Below are positions 36,177 through 47,706 of a stretch of DNA of 64,000 nt, one piece after another. The DNA is taken from contig JANBVK010000001.1 in assembly GCA_024239035.1 (NCBI GenBank), positions 423,062 to 487,061 on the forward strand. Direction: 5' to 3'. The notes below the pieces were generated by a model, which did no database searches, had not been told where the DNA came from, and worked only from the letters and a program-made list of their open reading frames with translations. The position numbers and the translations under genes were made by a program. The DNA comes from Patescibacteria group bacterium (lineage in GTDB: Bacteria; Patescibacteriota; Minisyncoccia; UBA6257; GWB1-50-10). Each line of letters opens with the position of its first letter. Positions within the stretch are counted from its first letter, which is position 1.

Positions 36177-38227
36177 TAGCCATGGATTTAAATAGAAAGA
36201 TTTACAAAACGGAATTAAATGGAGAACCGCTTTCACTTGAGATTTCAGAGTTGGCTCATAAGGCAAATGCTGCCGTGCTAGGCCGCCACGGAGAGACGGT
36301 AGTTTTAGCTACGGTTGTAATGAGCAAGAAAGATCAAGTCAGTGATTTTTTTCCTCTAACAGTTGATTATGAGGAGCGTTTCTACGCGGCCGGAAAAATA
36401 ATGGGATCAAGATTCATGAGGCGTGAAGGCAGGCCCTCTGACGAAGCGATTCTTTCAGACCGTCTCATTGACAGGTCTATCAGGCCTCTCTTTGACCCCC
36501 GCCTGAGGAGAGAGATTCAGGTAACAGTAACAGTACTGGCTTATGATGAAAAAAACGACCCGGACGCCATTGCTCTTATTGCTATCTCTACCGCTTTGGG
36601 AATATCCGATATTCCTTGGGGAGGGCCCGTTGCTGGCGTGAAACAGTTATCCCGCCGATCTGACGATGGACTTGAATACGATGCATTTTTTTCTGGACCC
36701 GAAGAGAGAATAAATATGATTGAATGTGAAAGTAACGAAATAGAAGAAAAAGAGGCAACCCTACTTTTTGGTAAGGCCCAGGAAGAAATTAAAAAACTTA
36801 TCGTTTTTCAAAATAAAATAATTAAGGAGATAGGGAAACAAAAAGAAGAAATAGTGCTCATAGAACCAGATCCACGTATCCAGGGTTTGGTGAGAAGTTT
36901 TATTAAAGATGATCTTGAGGAAGCAATTAAAGAAAAGACATTAGGTGATTTAAAATCCTCACTTTTTAAACACCTGGAGGAATCTGGAGAAGATAGTGAT
37001 GCGCTGAGAGCCGCGGATATTGTTTTTGAGGATGATATTAATTCTTACGTCCACAAACAAGCTCTTGAGAAAGAAGAACGCTCCGACGGCAGGAAACTTG
37101 ATGAGGTACGTGATCTCTACGCTGAAGTCGGCCTTTTTGAAAGAACTCACGGGTCAGGACTTTTTATTCGGGGGGATACTCAAATTCTTGCCGCTACTAC
37201 TCTGGCTCCACCTTCTGCTGAACAACTTATTGAAACAATAGAGATGACAGGAAAAAGACGATTTATGCTTCATTACAACTTCCCTAAGTTTTCTGTCGGT
37301 GAGACCGGTCGTTCTCGCGGTCCGGGCCGGCGGGAGATTGGTCATGGAGCACTTGCAGCAAAGGCGGTGCGAGCCCTACTTCCAACCAAGGACGAGTTTC
37401 CTTATACAATAAGAGTTGTAGCAGAAACATTATCTTCAAATGGTTCTTCATCAATGGCCTCTGTGTGCGCTACCTCTCTTTCTCTAATGGACGCCGGCGT
37501 TTCTTTGAAGAAACACATAGCGGGTATCGCGATGGGGTTGATGATCGATAATAACTCGGGGGAATTTAAGGTTTTAACCGATATTCAGGGTCCAGAAGAT
37601 CATCATGGTGATATGGACTTGAAGGTTGCAGGGACCAAAGACGGCATTACGGCTATTCAGATGGATGTAAAAGTTGAAGGAATCACCAAGGAGATGTTTG
37701 AGGCAGCTCTTGCACAAGCTCGCGAGGCCCGTCTTCATATTCTTAAGACCATGGAGAAAACACTACCCGCCCCGCGGCCGCAGGTTTCTCCGCATGCCCC
37801 GACTATCCTTACTCTTAATATTCACCCCGATAAGATTGGTGGGGTGATTGGCCCGGGAGGTAAAACAATTAACGGTATCATAGACCTTATGAATAAGGAA
37901 ATAACTATCGATATTGAGCAAGAGGGTAAGGTTTTTATTGCTGGTAGGAACCCGGAAATGGTGAGAAAAGCACTTGAGATTGTGAAGCAAATTGTAAAAG
38001 AATACAAAGTGGGGGAAATTGTTGAGGGGCCGATCGCGCGCGTGCTTGATTTCGGCGCAATTGTTGATTTAGGCGGCGGGCGGGACGGTATGATTCATGT
38101 CTCAGAGCTTAAAGAAGGGTTTGTAAAAAATGTGGAAGAGGTTGTGAAAGTTGGTGACCGCGTAAAAGCGAAAGTAATACGCGTGGAAAACGGAAAAATC
38201 GGCTTGTCGTTGAAGGGTATTAAGTAA
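36173..38227 (+). CDS. pnp: polynucleotide phosphorylase
   Basis: Two RNase PH-like domains are present (RPSDEAILSDRLIDRSIRPLF; SRGPGRREIGHGALA). C-terminal KH (IGGVIGPGGKTI) and S1 (GEIVEGPIARVLDFGAIVDL) domains follow. Confidence 0.9.
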   Translation: MIAMDLNRKIYKTELNGEPLSLEISELAHKANAAVLGRHGETVVLATVVMSKKDQVSDFFPLTVDYEERFYAAGKIMGSRFMRREGRPSDEAILSDRLIDRSIRPLFDPRLRREIQVTVTVLAYDEKNDPDAIALIAISTALGISDIPWGGPVAGVKQLSRRSDDGLEYDAFFSGPEERINMIECESNEIEEKEATLLFGKAQEEIKKLIVFQNKIIKEIGKQKEEIVLIEPDPRIQGLVRSFIKDDLEEAIKEKTLGDLKSSLFKHLEESGEDSDALRAADIVFEDDINSYVHKQALEKEERSDGRKLDEVRDLYAEVGLFERTHGSGLFIRGDTQILAATTLAPPSAEQLIETIEMTGKRRFMLHYNFPKFSVGETGRSRGPGRREIGHGALAAKAVRALLPTKDEFPYTIRVVAETLSSNGSSSMASVCATSLSLMDAGVSLKKHIAGIAMGLMIDNNSGEFKVLTDIQGPEDHHGDMDLKVAGTKDGITAIQMDVKVEGITKEMFEAALAQAREARLHILKTMEKTLPAPRPQVSPHAPTILTLNIHPDKIGGVIGPGGKTINGIIDLMNKEITIDIEQEGKVFIAGRNPEMVRKALEIVKQIVKEYKVGEIVEGPIARVLDFGAIVDLGGGRDGMIHVSELKEGFVKNVEEVVKVGDRVKAKVIRVENGKIGLSLKGIK

Positions 38228-38289
38228 AAAACACGAGCACCCGCCCGGCTATCCACTTACTACTTTTATCCACAGGAGCATCGCAGTGA

Positions 38290-39507
38290 ATGATTTATAA
38301 TAGTAGAGTAATGGCAGAAGACTCTTTTAATCAAAAAGCTTGGCCTGAAGAAAAATCGGGACAGAATCAACCTCCTTCAATAGGAACAGGAGAAGGAGAA
38401 GTTCCTTTGGCTAAGCCTCCGGGGGCTCCGAAGGAACCGAAAGTTGACGTAAGAACTTCTACTTCCGATATTAAGTCAATGCAGGAAAGTGGCGGTGGTC
38501 CTCCGCGACCATATACCCCACCACCTCCGCCAACCGGAGGTGAAGGCGGGCAGCAAATCCCACCTGCTGCCCCAGAGAAGAAACAATCGTTTAGTCAGGT
38601 GTTTAAACCGCCGCAGGTGGAACAGTCACCCACCCCAGCCAAGCTTCCTGAATCTTCAGGGGGAATGCAGGTTGGTGCTGAGAAATCTAAGAAGGGTTTG
38701 TTTTTGGGTATCTTAGCTTTGATTATTGTTGTCGGCTTAGTTGCAGCTGGTTATTTCTTCGTTTATCCGTTTTTCTTTCAAGCAGAAGAAGTTGTCGAGG
38801 TACCACAAGAATCTGTTTCCCCGCCGTCCGCTGAAGTCCCAACCATTCCGGAAGTACCGGCTATCCCGGAGGTACCAGAAGTTCCTTTAGAAGGTGAACA
38901 GGTTGAGGAAGAAGCCGAAGTTATGGAAGAGATTTCTCTGACGCCTACGATTACTGAACACACTTCTTCATTTAAAACTCCGGCTGATTTAAGCGAGGAC
39001 GTAGATCTTTTTGCCCTTGACCTTGGTAGTGTGAGGAGCTCAATACAATTCACGACTGCCGAAGTCCCCATTTTTAAAGAATTAGTTCTTAAAGATTCAG
39101 AGGGCAACTTCGTGAGTTTTAGTGGTTTAATGGACGCTTTATTACCGGCAGTCTTTAGTGGTGAGGTTATTGGAGTTTTTGAACCGGATTTCACTATGTT
39201 CGCTTACACGGACGATAAAGGAACCTGGCCGGGTTATGTTGCAAGACTAAGAAGCGGTGCAGTTTTGAGTGACGCAGAAGGCGGTGTGAGTCAACTCGAG
39301 AACGACACAAATATTACTAATCTATTCTTAATTGATCCTGGATCTTCAACAACTTGGGAGGGTGGTCAAACAGAAGGTGTTTCAAATCGATATCTGACTT
39401 TCAGTCAGAGTGGTGCGGGACTAAACTACGGATGGTTGAATAATGACACTCTTGTAATAGGAACTTCTTATTCTGGTTTTCAAGAAGCTCTCAAACATCT
39501 GAAATAG
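38290..39507 (+). CDS. proline-rich membrane protein of unknown function
   Basis: Pro-rich N-terminal cytoplasmic region. One transmembrane helix (LFLGILALIIVVGLVAAGYFFVY). A PEVPxIPEVP repeat. A C-terminal extracytoplasmic domain. Confidence 0.4.
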   Translation: MIYNSRVMAEDSFNQKAWPEEKSGQNQPPSIGTGEGEVPLAKPPGAPKEPKVDVRTSTSDIKSMQESGGGPPRPYTPPPPPTGGEGGQQIPPAAPEKKQSFSQVFKPPQVEQSPTPAKLPESSGGMQVGAEKSKKGLFLGILALIIVVGLVAAGYFFVYPFFFQAEEVVEVPQESVSPPSAEVPTIPEVPAIPEVPEVPLEGEQVEEEAEVMEEISLTPTITEHTSSFKTPADLSEDVDLFALDLGSVRSSIQFTTAEVPIFKELVLKDSEGNFVSFSGLMDALLPAVFSGEVIGVFEPDFTMFAYTDDKGTWPGYVARLRSGAVLSDAEGGVSQLENDTNITNLFLIDPGSSTTWEGGQTEGVSNRYLTFSQSGAGLNYGWLNNDTLVIGTSYSGFQEALKHLK

Positions 39508-39585
39508 AGTAGAGTTGACTTTTAAGAATCTCTTGCTATACTTCCATCGTGTAGTCCGCTCTTTAGATGAGCGGATATTTTAATT

Positions 39586-40932
39586 ATGGACTTGAAGAAT
39601 TTATCTTCTGCGGTGGGGCAGATTGCTGAGGAAAAAGGCATTAAACCAGAGCAGGTTTTAGGCGCCATTGAATCGGCTATCGCCGCCGCTTATAAAAAAG
39701 AATATCGGAAACGATCAGAGTTTATTAGAGCAAAGTTCAATTTGAAAACCGGCGAGATTAAATTTCTTCAGATTAAATTTGTAGTTGATCCGTCCGAGGT
39801 GAGAGTTATAGAGGAGACAACTGATCAAGGTGACGAATCTCACTCAACCAGGCAATCCACCAGTAAAGAGAATGAACCCCATTATGGACGGGGAGACGAG
39901 CAAACTGTTTTACCTCGCTACAATCCCGATCGGCATATTTTTATTAAAGAAGCTCAAGCTTTTAAGTCGGGTGCTAAGAGTGGTGATGAATTAGAATTTC
40001 CGCTTGAAGTTCGCGAGGATTTTGGCAGGATTGCTGCTCAAGCTGCTAAGCAGGTAATTCTACAGAGTATCCGGGAGGCTGAAAGAGCGTCAATTAAAGA
40101 AGAATTTGCTGACAAAGAAGGAGAAATTGTGAGCGGCGTAGTGCAGCGTTTTGAACGGGGGAATGTATATGTTGATTTGGGACGAGCAGTCGGGGTTATG
40201 TTTCACAACGAAAGCGTTCCCGGAGAACATTATCGAGTTAGTCAACGACTCAGATTTTACGTTTTAGCGGTTCAGGACGACCCGAAAAGGCCGGGTATTA
40301 TTCTTTCACGGTCTCACCCTAAGTTTGTTACTAAACTTTTTGAGTTAGAGGTACCCGAGATACCTGATGGTGTTGTAGAAATAAAACAGATTACCCGAGA
40401 GCCGGGAAGTCGCACCAAGATTGCTGTTTTTTCTAATCAAGAAGGAGTTGATCCGGTTGGTTCGGCGGTTGGTCAGCGGGGAACGCGGGTTATGGCAGTT
40501 ACTAATGAACTGGGTAACGAGAAAATTGACGTCGTTGAATGGTCTGAAGATTCAGAAAAATATGTTGCTAACGCCCTTTCTCCAGCTAAAGTAAAACTGG
40601 TTGAGATTTTACCCCGGCGGGAAGCGCGGGTTCTTGTTACTGAAGATCAGTTAAGTCTGGCCATCGGTAAGGGTGGTCAGAACGTGCGGCTGGCGGCAAA
40701 GCTTACAGGTTGGAAGATTGATGTTCGGTCTCAGTCCCGACCAGAGGAAGTTCAAGAAGGAGGAGTCGCAGCCGTACCAGAAGATGACGTTCCTGAAACC
40801 GAGGAAAAAATTGCACTTGAAGAAACAACAGAAACAACAGAAACAACAGAAACAATAGAGACAGAAAAGAAACAAAAAAATAAAAAAGAGAAACAAAAAG
40901 AAGATAAAGAAAAACCCGACTCTAAAACCTAA
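39586..40932 (+). CDS. nusA: transcription termination/antitermination factor NusA with an acidic-basic repetitive tail
   Basis: N-terminal domain. S1 domain ([21 protein letters not shown]). Two KH domains (VGQRGTRV; [20 protein letters not shown]). The C-terminus is a [21 protein letters not shown] repeat instead of AR domains. Confidence 0.8.
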   Translation: MDLKNLSSAVGQIAEEKGIKPEQVLGAIESAIAAAYKKEYRKRSEFIRAKFNLKTGEIKFLQIKFVVDPSEVRVIEETTDQGDESHSTRQSTSKENEPHYGRGDEQTVLPRYNPDRHIFIKEAQAFKSGAKSGDELEFPLEVREDFGRIAAQAAKQVILQSIREAERASIKEEFADKEGEIVSGVVQRFERGNVYVDLGRAVGVMFHNESVPGEHYRVSQRLRFYVLAVQDDPKRPGIILSRSHPKFVTKLFELEVPEIPDGVVEIKQITREPGSRTKIAVFSNQEGVDPVGSAVGQRGTRVMAVTNELGNEKIDVVEWSEDSEKYVANALSPAKVKLVEILPRREARVLVTEDQLSLAIGKGGQNVRLAAKLTGWKIDVRSQSRPEEVQEGGVAAVPEDDVPETEEKIALEETTETTETTETIETEKKQKNKKEKQKEDKEKPDSKT

Positions 40933-40943
40933 CACCTAGATTC

Positions 40944-42908
40944 ATGTTATATCTAATCTTCATCCCTATCGCTATAGCGTTTCTCTACACGGGATATCTG
41001 CTTTATTGGCTCCGAAGGCAGCCCGCGGGTAGTGAGAAAATGCAGGAAATATCCCGCGCTATCCAAGAGGGATCAAAAACTTATCTTAATCGTCAATATA
41101 GAACAGTTGGTGTCGTTGCATTAATTCTTTTTATTATTATCGGTCTTGTATTCGGATGGCTCACCTCGTTCGGGTTTTTGGTTGGCGCGGGAGCCTCTGC
41201 GCTCGCGGGATATATTGGTATGAATGTAGCTGTTCGTTCTAACTCGAAAACAGCTCATGCTGCGGGAGTTGGACTGAAACCATCACTCTCTCTGGCGTTT
41301 AGAGCTGGATCGGTGACGGGGTTTTTAGTAGTAGCTTTAGGGCTTCTCGCCGTAGCTGCTTTCTATCTTTATACCAGAGACGTGAAAAGTTTAATTGGGC
41401 TTGGATTTGGCGCAAGTTTAATTTCTGTTTTTGCGCGGCTTGGTGGTGGAATTTTTACGAAAGCAGCCGATGTGGGAACTGACCTTGTCGGTAAAGTTGA
41501 AGCTGGTATTCCCGAAGATGATCCTCGGAACCCAGGTGTTATTGCTGATTTCGTCGGTGACAACGTCGGTGATTGTGCTGGTATGGCCGCTGATCTTTTT
41601 GAAACTTACGCGGTGACATTGATTGCTGCAATACTTATTGGCGCACTTACTCTCTCGGGCGTTCAAGTATTTTTCCCACTCATCTTGGGTGGACTCGCAA
41701 TATTGGCATCAGTCGTTGGCAGTTTTTTTGTGAGAATTGGTGAAGACCAAGGAATCATGAAAGCACTCTATAAAGGACTTATTGCTTCGCTTGTGATCTC
41801 TGGTGTTCTTTTTTACTTCGCTGCAGCATGGTATTTTCCAGAGAGGTCTTTAAATATTTTTCTCGCGAGCCTCGTTGGTCTTGTGGTGACAGCGCTTATG
41901 GTTGTAGTGACCGATTACTACACCTCTACAAAATATAAGCCAGTGAAAGACATTGCCGAAGCTTCTCAGTCTGGTCACGGAACAAATATTATCATAGGTC
42001 TCTCGGTTGGAATGAGGGCTACATTTTTACCAATTATAATTATTGTTGGCGGTATTTTAGTAGCACATGCCTTAGCTGGTATTTACGGCATTGCACTTGC
42101 TGCTACTGCGATGCTCTCAGTAGCAGGGATCATCGTTGCGATTGATTCCTTTGGCCCCATTACCGATAATGCTGGCGGCATTGCGGAGATGACTAATGCG
42201 CCCGAGAGTGTTCGCAAGACCACTGACGCGCTCGATGCAGTAGGCAATACCACTAAAGCGGTTACTAAAGGGTATGCAATAGCTTCAGCTGGGCTTGCGG
42301 CACTCGTGCTTTTTGCAGGATATGTTGAGGAGCTTTTGGGCGCAGCGAAGAATATTGTATTCGAGTTGCAGGACCCGCAAGTAATCGTCGGGCTTTTTTT
42401 GGGGGCTGCGATTCCTTACCTCTTTGGTTCCATTGCGATGCGCGCGGTCGGCAAAGCTGCTGGTTCGATTGTTACTGAGATTCGCAGGCAGTTCAGAGAA
42501 ATTAAAGGTCTTATGGAAGGAAACGCTAAACCTGAGTATGGTAAGGCAGTGGATATTGTGACAAAGGCAGCTCTAAAAGAAATGGTCCTACCCGCACTCT
42601 TACCTGTGGTTTCAGTTCTTGTTGTTGGTTTTGGGCTTGGTCCGGAAGCACTCGGAGGTTTTTTAATAGGTGTCATCATATCTGGTATTTTCGTTGCGCT
42701 TTCTATGACCTCGGGAGGCGCGGCTTGGGATAATGCCAAGAAATATATTGAGGAGGGAAATTTTGGCGGCAAAGGCTCGGAAGCTCACAAAGCGGCGGTA
42801 ACAGGTGACACTGTTGGAGATCCCTATAAAGACACCGCAGGTCCGGCAATAAATCCCCTCATAAAGGTTATCAACATTGTTGCTCTACTCATTGTTCCTT
42901 TTCTATAA
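40944..42908 (+). CDS. hppA: membrane-bound proton/sodium-translocating pyrophosphatase
   Basis: Polytopic membrane protein. The hallmark [18 protein letters not shown] motif is present. The C-terminal [21 protein letters not shown] segment is present. Confidence 0.9.
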   Translation: MLYLIFIPIAIAFLYTGYLLYWLRRQPAGSEKMQEISRAIQEGSKTYLNRQYRTVGVVALILFIIIGLVFGWLTSFGFLVGAGASALAGYIGMNVAVRSNSKTAHAAGVGLKPSLSLAFRAGSVTGFLVVALGLLAVAAFYLYTRDVKSLIGLGFGASLISVFARLGGGIFTKAADVGTDLVGKVEAGIPEDDPRNPGVIADFVGDNVGDCAGMAADLFETYAVTLIAAILIGALTLSGVQVFFPLILGGLAILASVVGSFFVRIGEDQGIMKALYKGLIASLVISGVLFYFAAAWYFPERSLNIFLASLVGLVVTALMVVVTDYYTSTKYKPVKDIAEASQSGHGTNIIIGLSVGMRATFLPIIIIVGGILVAHALAGIYGIALAATAMLSVAGIIVAIDSFGPITDNAGGIAEMTNAPESVRKTTDALDAVGNTTKAVTKGYAIASAGLAALVLFAGYVEELLGAAKNIVFELQDPQVIVGLFLGAAIPYLFGSIAMRAVGKAAGSIVTEIRRQFREIKGLMEGNAKPEYGKAVDIVTKAALKEMVLPALLPVVSVLVVGFGLGPEALGGFLIGVIISGIFVALSMTSGGAAWDNAKKYIEEGNFGGKGSEAHKAAVTGDTVGDPYKDTAGPAINPLIKVINIVALLIVPFL

Positions 42909-42922
42909 TTAAAACTCATTAG

Positions 42923-44293
42923 ATGCAGAATCAATCGTTGTCCGTTTTTAAGAACAAGAAAGTTTTAGTAATGGGTTTGGGGCTTTTAGGCGGCGGCGTC
43001 GCAACAACTAAGTGGCTGGTGAAACATGGCGCCAAGGTGACAGTGACAGACTTGCGGTCGCGACAGGAGCTCGGTTCTTCGATCAAGGCATTAGGGGTGA
43101 CAGCAAAAAAAGTTAAATTTGTTTTAGGAAGGCACCGCAGACAAGATTTTAAGACAAGTGAGATTGTCGTAGTAAATCCCGCCGTACCGCGCGAGAGTTT
43201 GTATTTGAAAGTCGCAAAGCGAAGCGGTGCCCAATTGGAAAATGAAGCCAGTTTATTTTTTAGGTTTTGTAAAAATCCCATTATCGCCGTTACCGGCACA
43301 AGAGGCAAAACCACAACCGTTAACTGGATTTACCATATTTTAAAAAGGAAATCCGCCAGTTGGCGGACGAGAGTAGTTCTAACAGGGAATTCTTCAGAGA
43401 ACCCGATGCTTAAATTTCTTGACGGGCTTGATGGAAAAAGCCCGGTAGTTTTAGAATTATCCTCCTGGCATCTTGAGCTTTTATCGCGGGCGGACCGCGG
43501 GCCACACGTCGCAGTCGTCACCAACATCTATCCAGATCATCTTAATCGTTACCGCAGTATGAAAGATTACGTGATGGCTAAGGTTAATATTTTCGGACGT
43601 CAGACCAAGGATGATTTCCTGGTATTAAATCGTGAAAATGCCTGGACGGGATTTCTCTTGCGGCAGAAACCTAAAAGTCGGGTAGTTTACTTTCCTGCAA
43701 AAATCCCCATTAACCGCAAGTATTTTGAGCAAATGTACGGTGCTCATAACGTGGAAAATCTTATGGCAGCTACTGTAGCTGCTCACCTATTCGGGGTCCC
43801 AAAATCTCTTATAAAAGACGCCATTCGCACCTTGCCATCTCTTCCATATCGTGAGGAAGTGATTATAAAAAAAGATAAACTGGTCGTTATAAACGACACG
43901 ACTGCCACTACACCCGAGGCTGCCATTTACGCCATAGAGCGTTTTCGTAAAAAAGGAACTGTTGTGCTAATTGCTGGCGGTAGTGATAAGAAACTTGATT
44001 TTAAAAATTGGGCGCAGGTTGTAAAACGAAATATCAAGCCGGAAAACCTCTTTTTAATAGATGGCAGCGCCACAAAGAAGATGGTTCGTGAATTAAAAAA
44101 ACTTGGCTACTTCTTAAAGGGTGAACCAAAATTATTTGAAGAACTCCTCGATCTACTAAAAGCTGTGCGCGACACCACTGAATCACGCCACATTATTCTC
44201 TTTTCGCCGGCTGCGACGAGTTTCGAGAAGTTTCAAAATGAGTTTGATAGAGGCAGGCAGTTCAACCTCTACTCAAAAAAGTTATTCGCCTAA
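42923..44293 (+). CDS. murD: UDP-N-acetylmuramoylalanine--D-glutamate ligase
   Basis: N-terminal Rossmann fold (VLVMGLGLLGGGVATTKWLVKHGAKVTVTD). Mur ligase P-loop IIAVTGTRGKTTT is present. Length is 456 aa. Confidence 0.75.
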   Translation: MQNQSLSVFKNKKVLVMGLGLLGGGVATTKWLVKHGAKVTVTDLRSRQELGSSIKALGVTAKKVKFVLGRHRRQDFKTSEIVVVNPAVPRESLYLKVAKRSGAQLENEASLFFRFCKNPIIAVTGTRGKTTTVNWIYHILKRKSASWRTRVVLTGNSSENPMLKFLDGLDGKSPVVLELSSWHLELLSRADRGPHVAVVTNIYPDHLNRYRSMKDYVMAKVNIFGRQTKDDFLVLNRENAWTGFLLRQKPKSRVVYFPAKIPINRKYFEQMYGAHNVENLMAATVAAHLFGVPKSLIKDAIRTLPSLPYREEVIIKKDKLVVINDTTATTPEAAIYAIERFRKKGTVVLIAGGSDKKLDFKNWAQVVKRNIKPENLFLIDGSATKKMVRELKKLGYFLKGEPKLFEELLDLLKAVRDTTESRHIILFSPAATSFEKFQNEFDRGRQFNLYSKKLFA

Positions 44294-44322
44294 ATTTAGT
44301 CGGGAGATAACCGCGCTCTACT

Positions 44323-44763
44323 TCAGTCAATTTTCACTTTAAGTTTTTTTGCTTTCTTGCGGTTTAGCTTTGGCATTTTTATGGTGAGCACTCCGTTTTT
44401 GAGAGAGGCAGTTGATTTCTCTGGGTCAACTTCTTGAGGGAGGATGATGGACCGGGAGAATCTTCCCCAAAAACATTCCTGATAGAAATAATCTTTTTCC
44501 TCAATTTTTTCCATTTTCTCCCGCTTACCGTGGATGGTGACAGACTCGTTGGTAATGTTGATTTCTAAATTTTCTGGATTAACGCCAGCAACCGTTGATT
44601 GCACAACAACCACATCTTTGTTCTGGTAAACATCAACGGTTAACTGACCCTCAACTTCTTCTTCAAGGTCTAGGGAAGTGTCTTCTGTTTCAATTTTAAG
44701 AGATTTAGGTTCGCTTTTTACCTTAGCTAACTCTGCAAAAATGTCTTCTTTATTTTCTTCCAT
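44323..44763 (-). CDS. Hsp20/alpha-crystallin family small heat-shock protein
   Basis: 146 aa. C-terminal GVLTIKMPK is an alpha-crystallin-domain signature. Confidence 0.7.
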   Translation of the reverse strand: MEENKEDIFAELAKVKSEPKSLKIETEDTSLDLEEEVEGQLTVDVYQNKDVVVVQSTVAGVNPENLEINITNESVTIHGKREKMEKIEEKDYFYQECFWGRFSRSIILPQEVDPEKSTASLKNGVLTIKMPKLNRKKAKKLKVKID

Positions 44764-44788
44764 TGTGATTTATTATAGCACACATTAT

Positions 44789-45484
44789 TTATTTCCATGT
44801 GTCTTTGGTTTTTAATTTCTCAAAATCTTGGAGTACAAAAAACGATGCAACAATAAGGAAAACGCCCGCGTATAGTAAATTACTACTCTCAAATTTGAGG
44901 ATAAGATAATTAAATATTGCATGAACAAGGGTTGCAATAATAACGCCTTTGACTAAGAAAGGAGCTACCCGCGTCTCTAATTTACCCCTCGCCCAGTAGA
45001 AGCCCAAGAGCCCGGAAGCCAAAACGTGTAGCAGCGTTGCTCCTACAGACCTTAAAAGCAGAACACTTGCAGCCTGGGATAGTGAAGTGAAAGTAGCGGC
45101 GGTAAGGACGTTACTTAAAATAAAGAGGTTTTCAACAGCCGCGAAACCGAGCGCAGCTGTAATCATATAAATCATTGCGTCTACGGGTTCATCGAAAGCA
45201 GAATTTTTGTGTATTGCCAAATAGGCTGCGAGAAATTTAGAAAGCTCTTCAATGAACGCTAAAACGACGACAATCAGTATTACTTCAATAAAGGTTGATA
45301 GATAGTTTTGAAAGACAATCTGAATTATTAGAGCCGGTACGGTGATTAGAGCACCAACGCTGAAAGTGTAGATAATTAGACGTTTTGGTTCGGGATGAAC
45401 ATCTTCTTTCAAAAAGAAGAAAAGCCACGCTAAACTTGGCAACACCGCTCCGATGATTATTAAAAAAGATAATACTACAACCAT
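44789..45484 (-). CDS. PrsW-like intramembrane metalloprotease
   Basis: Polytopic membrane protein with the motifs EELSK (ExxxK-like), FxxxE (AAVENLF), and two His-containing helices (LLHVLASGLLGFY; VHAIFNYLI). Confidence 0.5.
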   Translation of the reverse strand: MVVVLSFLIIIGAVLPSLAWLFFFLKEDVHPEPKRLIIYTFSVGALITVPALIIQIVFQNYLSTFIEVILIVVVLAFIEELSKFLAAYLAIHKNSAFDEPVDAMIYMITAALGFAAVENLFILSNVLTAATFTSLSQAASVLLLRSVGATLLHVLASGLLGFYWARGKLETRVAPFLVKGVIIATLVHAIFNYLILKFESSNLLYAGVFLIVASFFVLQDFEKLKTKDTWK

Positions 45485-45501
45485 AAATAACGCAGATTAC
45501 G

Positions 45502-47691
45502 TTACCAATTCTCCACCATTAGTAAGGACTTATTTTTAAGAGGGAGTTTTTGATAAATTTCTTCGGTTATAAAAGGCATGAAGGGATGCAGGAGTTTAAG
45601 GCAATTAATTGAGAGATAAGCAAGAGTATCTCTGGTTTTATCGTCATCTCTATTTTTAGTTTCCTCGATATATTTGTCTGCAAAATTATGCCAGACAAAA
45701 TCGTATAGAGCGCGTGCAGCCTCTCCAAAATTATATTTCTCAATATTATCTCTAACGTTTATAGCCATCTCCTCCATCTCGGTTATTATTTTCTGGTCTA
45801 GCTTTTTAATGTCTTCAGGGTTTTCAGGTAGTTTCATTGTATGTCCTTCGTGTTTCATTACTATATAGCGATTAATATTCCAAATTTTATTGGCAAATTT
45901 CTTACCCATTAGCATTACCTCCTCGTTGAAATGTACGTCCTGTAAACCAGTAGTAAGATAAGAAAGTCCAAAACGGAGCGCATCCGTACCATATTTATCA
46001 ATTAGCACTAAGGGATCGATCCCGGTACCAAGGGACTTTGACATTCGTTTTCCGTCTTTTGTGAGAACGGTTGCGTGAATAAATAAGTCTTTAAAAGGAG
46101 CTTTTCCGGTAAAGAATTTACCAGAGAAAACCATTCTTACTTGCCAGAGAAAGAGAATGCCTCTGTCGGATGTAATAAAGTTTGTGGGATAGAATTCTTT
46201 GAGGTCTTTTGAGTCTTTATCAGGCCAACCCAATACTGCAAAAGGCCATAGAGCTGAAGAGAACCAGGTATCTAATACATCTTCCGATTGTATAAATTTA
46301 GCATCGCAATATTCACATTTAGGCTCTTTTTCGGCAGATATTTTAATTTCTTCGCATTTCTCTATATCTTTTTCGCGTCCTGGTTTGGGGACGCATTTGC
46401 TCTCGTGGATCCATACGGGCAATCGGTGCCCCCACCAAAGTTGTCTTGAGATATTCCAATCACGAATATTTAGAAGCCAGTTACGATACGGTTTTTCCCA
46501 GCGATTAGGGTGCAGATTGATTTCTTTTTTATCCAAAGCTTCGAGCGCAAGTTTAGCTAACTCATTCATTTTCAGAAACCATTGTTTAGAGGGTATGGGT
46601 TCAACAACTGAGTTACATCTATCGCAGCGTCCTATATTGTGTTCGTAATCTTCTATCTTATCCATTAAACCTGTTTTTTGCAGATCTTTCACAATTTGTT
46701 CGCGCGCCTGGTTTACTTTTAAGTCTTCGTACCGTGGACCGGCTTTTTTAGTCATTTTTCCTCTCTCATCTATGATTTTAATAGAAGGAAGTTTGTGTCT
46801 TTTGCCGATTTCTGAGTCGGTTATGTCGTGGGCCGGTGTAACCTTAATAATGCCCGTTCCAAATTTAGGATCTACTGAATTATCACCGACAACTTTCAAT
46901 TTAATTTTTTTAGTTTCTGGCGGCTGGTCTTTAGGGATTGAGCTGTCTATTGAATCAACTTCTAGGTCTCTGCCGATATATTTTTTATATCGTTTATCAT
47001 CGGGATGGACGGCAAGAGCCGTGTCGCCGAGTTTTGTTTCGGGTCGGGCAGTGGCAAGAGTAAACGGTCCGTATTTGATATAGTAGAGTTTTGTTTTTTC
47101 ATGGACGTAATTTACTTCCAAGTTAGAGATGGACGTTGAACAGCGGATGCACCAATTAATGACTCGCTCTCCCCGATAAATCCACCCTTTTTTGTAGTAT
47201 CGTATAAACGCCTCTTCAACCGCTCTCTGATACTCTATATCCATCGTGTAGCGCGAACGTGTCCAGTCAGCTGAAATGCCTAATTTTTTAAACTGGTTCA
47301 GTATAATGTTGCCGTACTGTTCTTTCCATTGCTCAACACGTTCGACGAATTTCTTACGTCCCAGTTTGTGTCGATTTGTGTTCTCTTTGGCGAGTTGGCT
47401 CTCAACTTTGTTTTGGGCAGCTATTCCTGCGTGATCTATGCCGGGGATCCATAGCGTTTTGTATCCCTGCATCCGTTTCATTCTTATGAGGATATCCTGC
47501 AGGGTTAATTCAAGAGCATGACCCAAATGCAGTTCACCGGTGATATTCGGCGGGGCAATGGCGGTAACGAATTTGTTTTTACCATCAGGTAATTTTTCGG
47601 GCGTGAAATAGCCGGAATTTTCCCAAAGTTTATATATTTTTTCTTCAGTTTTTTGGGGATCGTAAGTTTTATCAAGCGTTTCTCTCATCAC
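45502..47691 (-). CDS. valS: valyl-tRNA synthetase (short form lacking the C-terminal coiled coil)
   Basis: HIGH motif region PPNITGELHLGHAL is present. The editing-domain motif ATARPETKLGD is present. KMSKS appears as RMSKSLGT. Length is 729 aa. Confidence 0.75.
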   Translation of the reverse strand: MMRETLDKTYDPQKTEEKIYKLWENSGYFTPEKLPDGKNKFVTAIAPPNITGELHLGHALELTLQDILIRMKRMQGYKTLWIPGIDHAGIAAQNKVESQLAKENTNRHKLGRKKFVERVEQWKEQYGNIILNQFKKLGISADWTRSRYTMDIEYQRAVEEAFIRYYKKGWIYRGERVINWCIRCSTSISNLEVNYVHEKTKLYYIKYGPFTLATARPETKLGDTALAVHPDDKRYKKYIGRDLEVDSIDSSIPKDQPPETKKIKLKVVGDNSVDPKFGTGIIKVTPAHDITDSEIGKRHKLPSIKIIDERGKMTKKAGPRYEDLKVNQAREQIVKDLQKTGLMDKIEDYEHNIGRCDRCNSVVEPIPSKQWFLKMNELAKLALEALDKKEINLHPNRWEKPYRNWLLNIRDWNISRQLWWGHRLPVWIHESKCVPKPGREKDIEKCEEIKISAEKEPKCEYCDAKFIQSEDVLDTWFSSALWPFAVLGWPDKDSKDLKEFYPTNFITSDRGILFLWQVRMVFSGKFFTGKAPFKDLFIHATVLTKDGKRMSKSLGTGIDPLVLIDKYGTDALRFGLSYLTTGLQDVHFNEEVMLMGKKFANKIWNINRYIVMKHEGHTMKLPENPEDIKKLDQKIITEMEEMAINVRDNIEKYNFGEAARALYDFVWHNFADKYIEETKNRDDDKTRDTLAYLSINCLKLLHPFMPFITEEIYQKLPLKNKSLLMVENW

Positions 47692-47706
47692 ATTACTTCA
47701 TGTTAA

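Noticed and set aside
43350-43375. tccgccagttggcgga inside murD resembling the small hairpin after recA (16752..16772)
   Set aside because: It lies inside a well-conserved coding region (KSASWRT). The hairpin is short (5-6 bp), so I treat it as coincidence.
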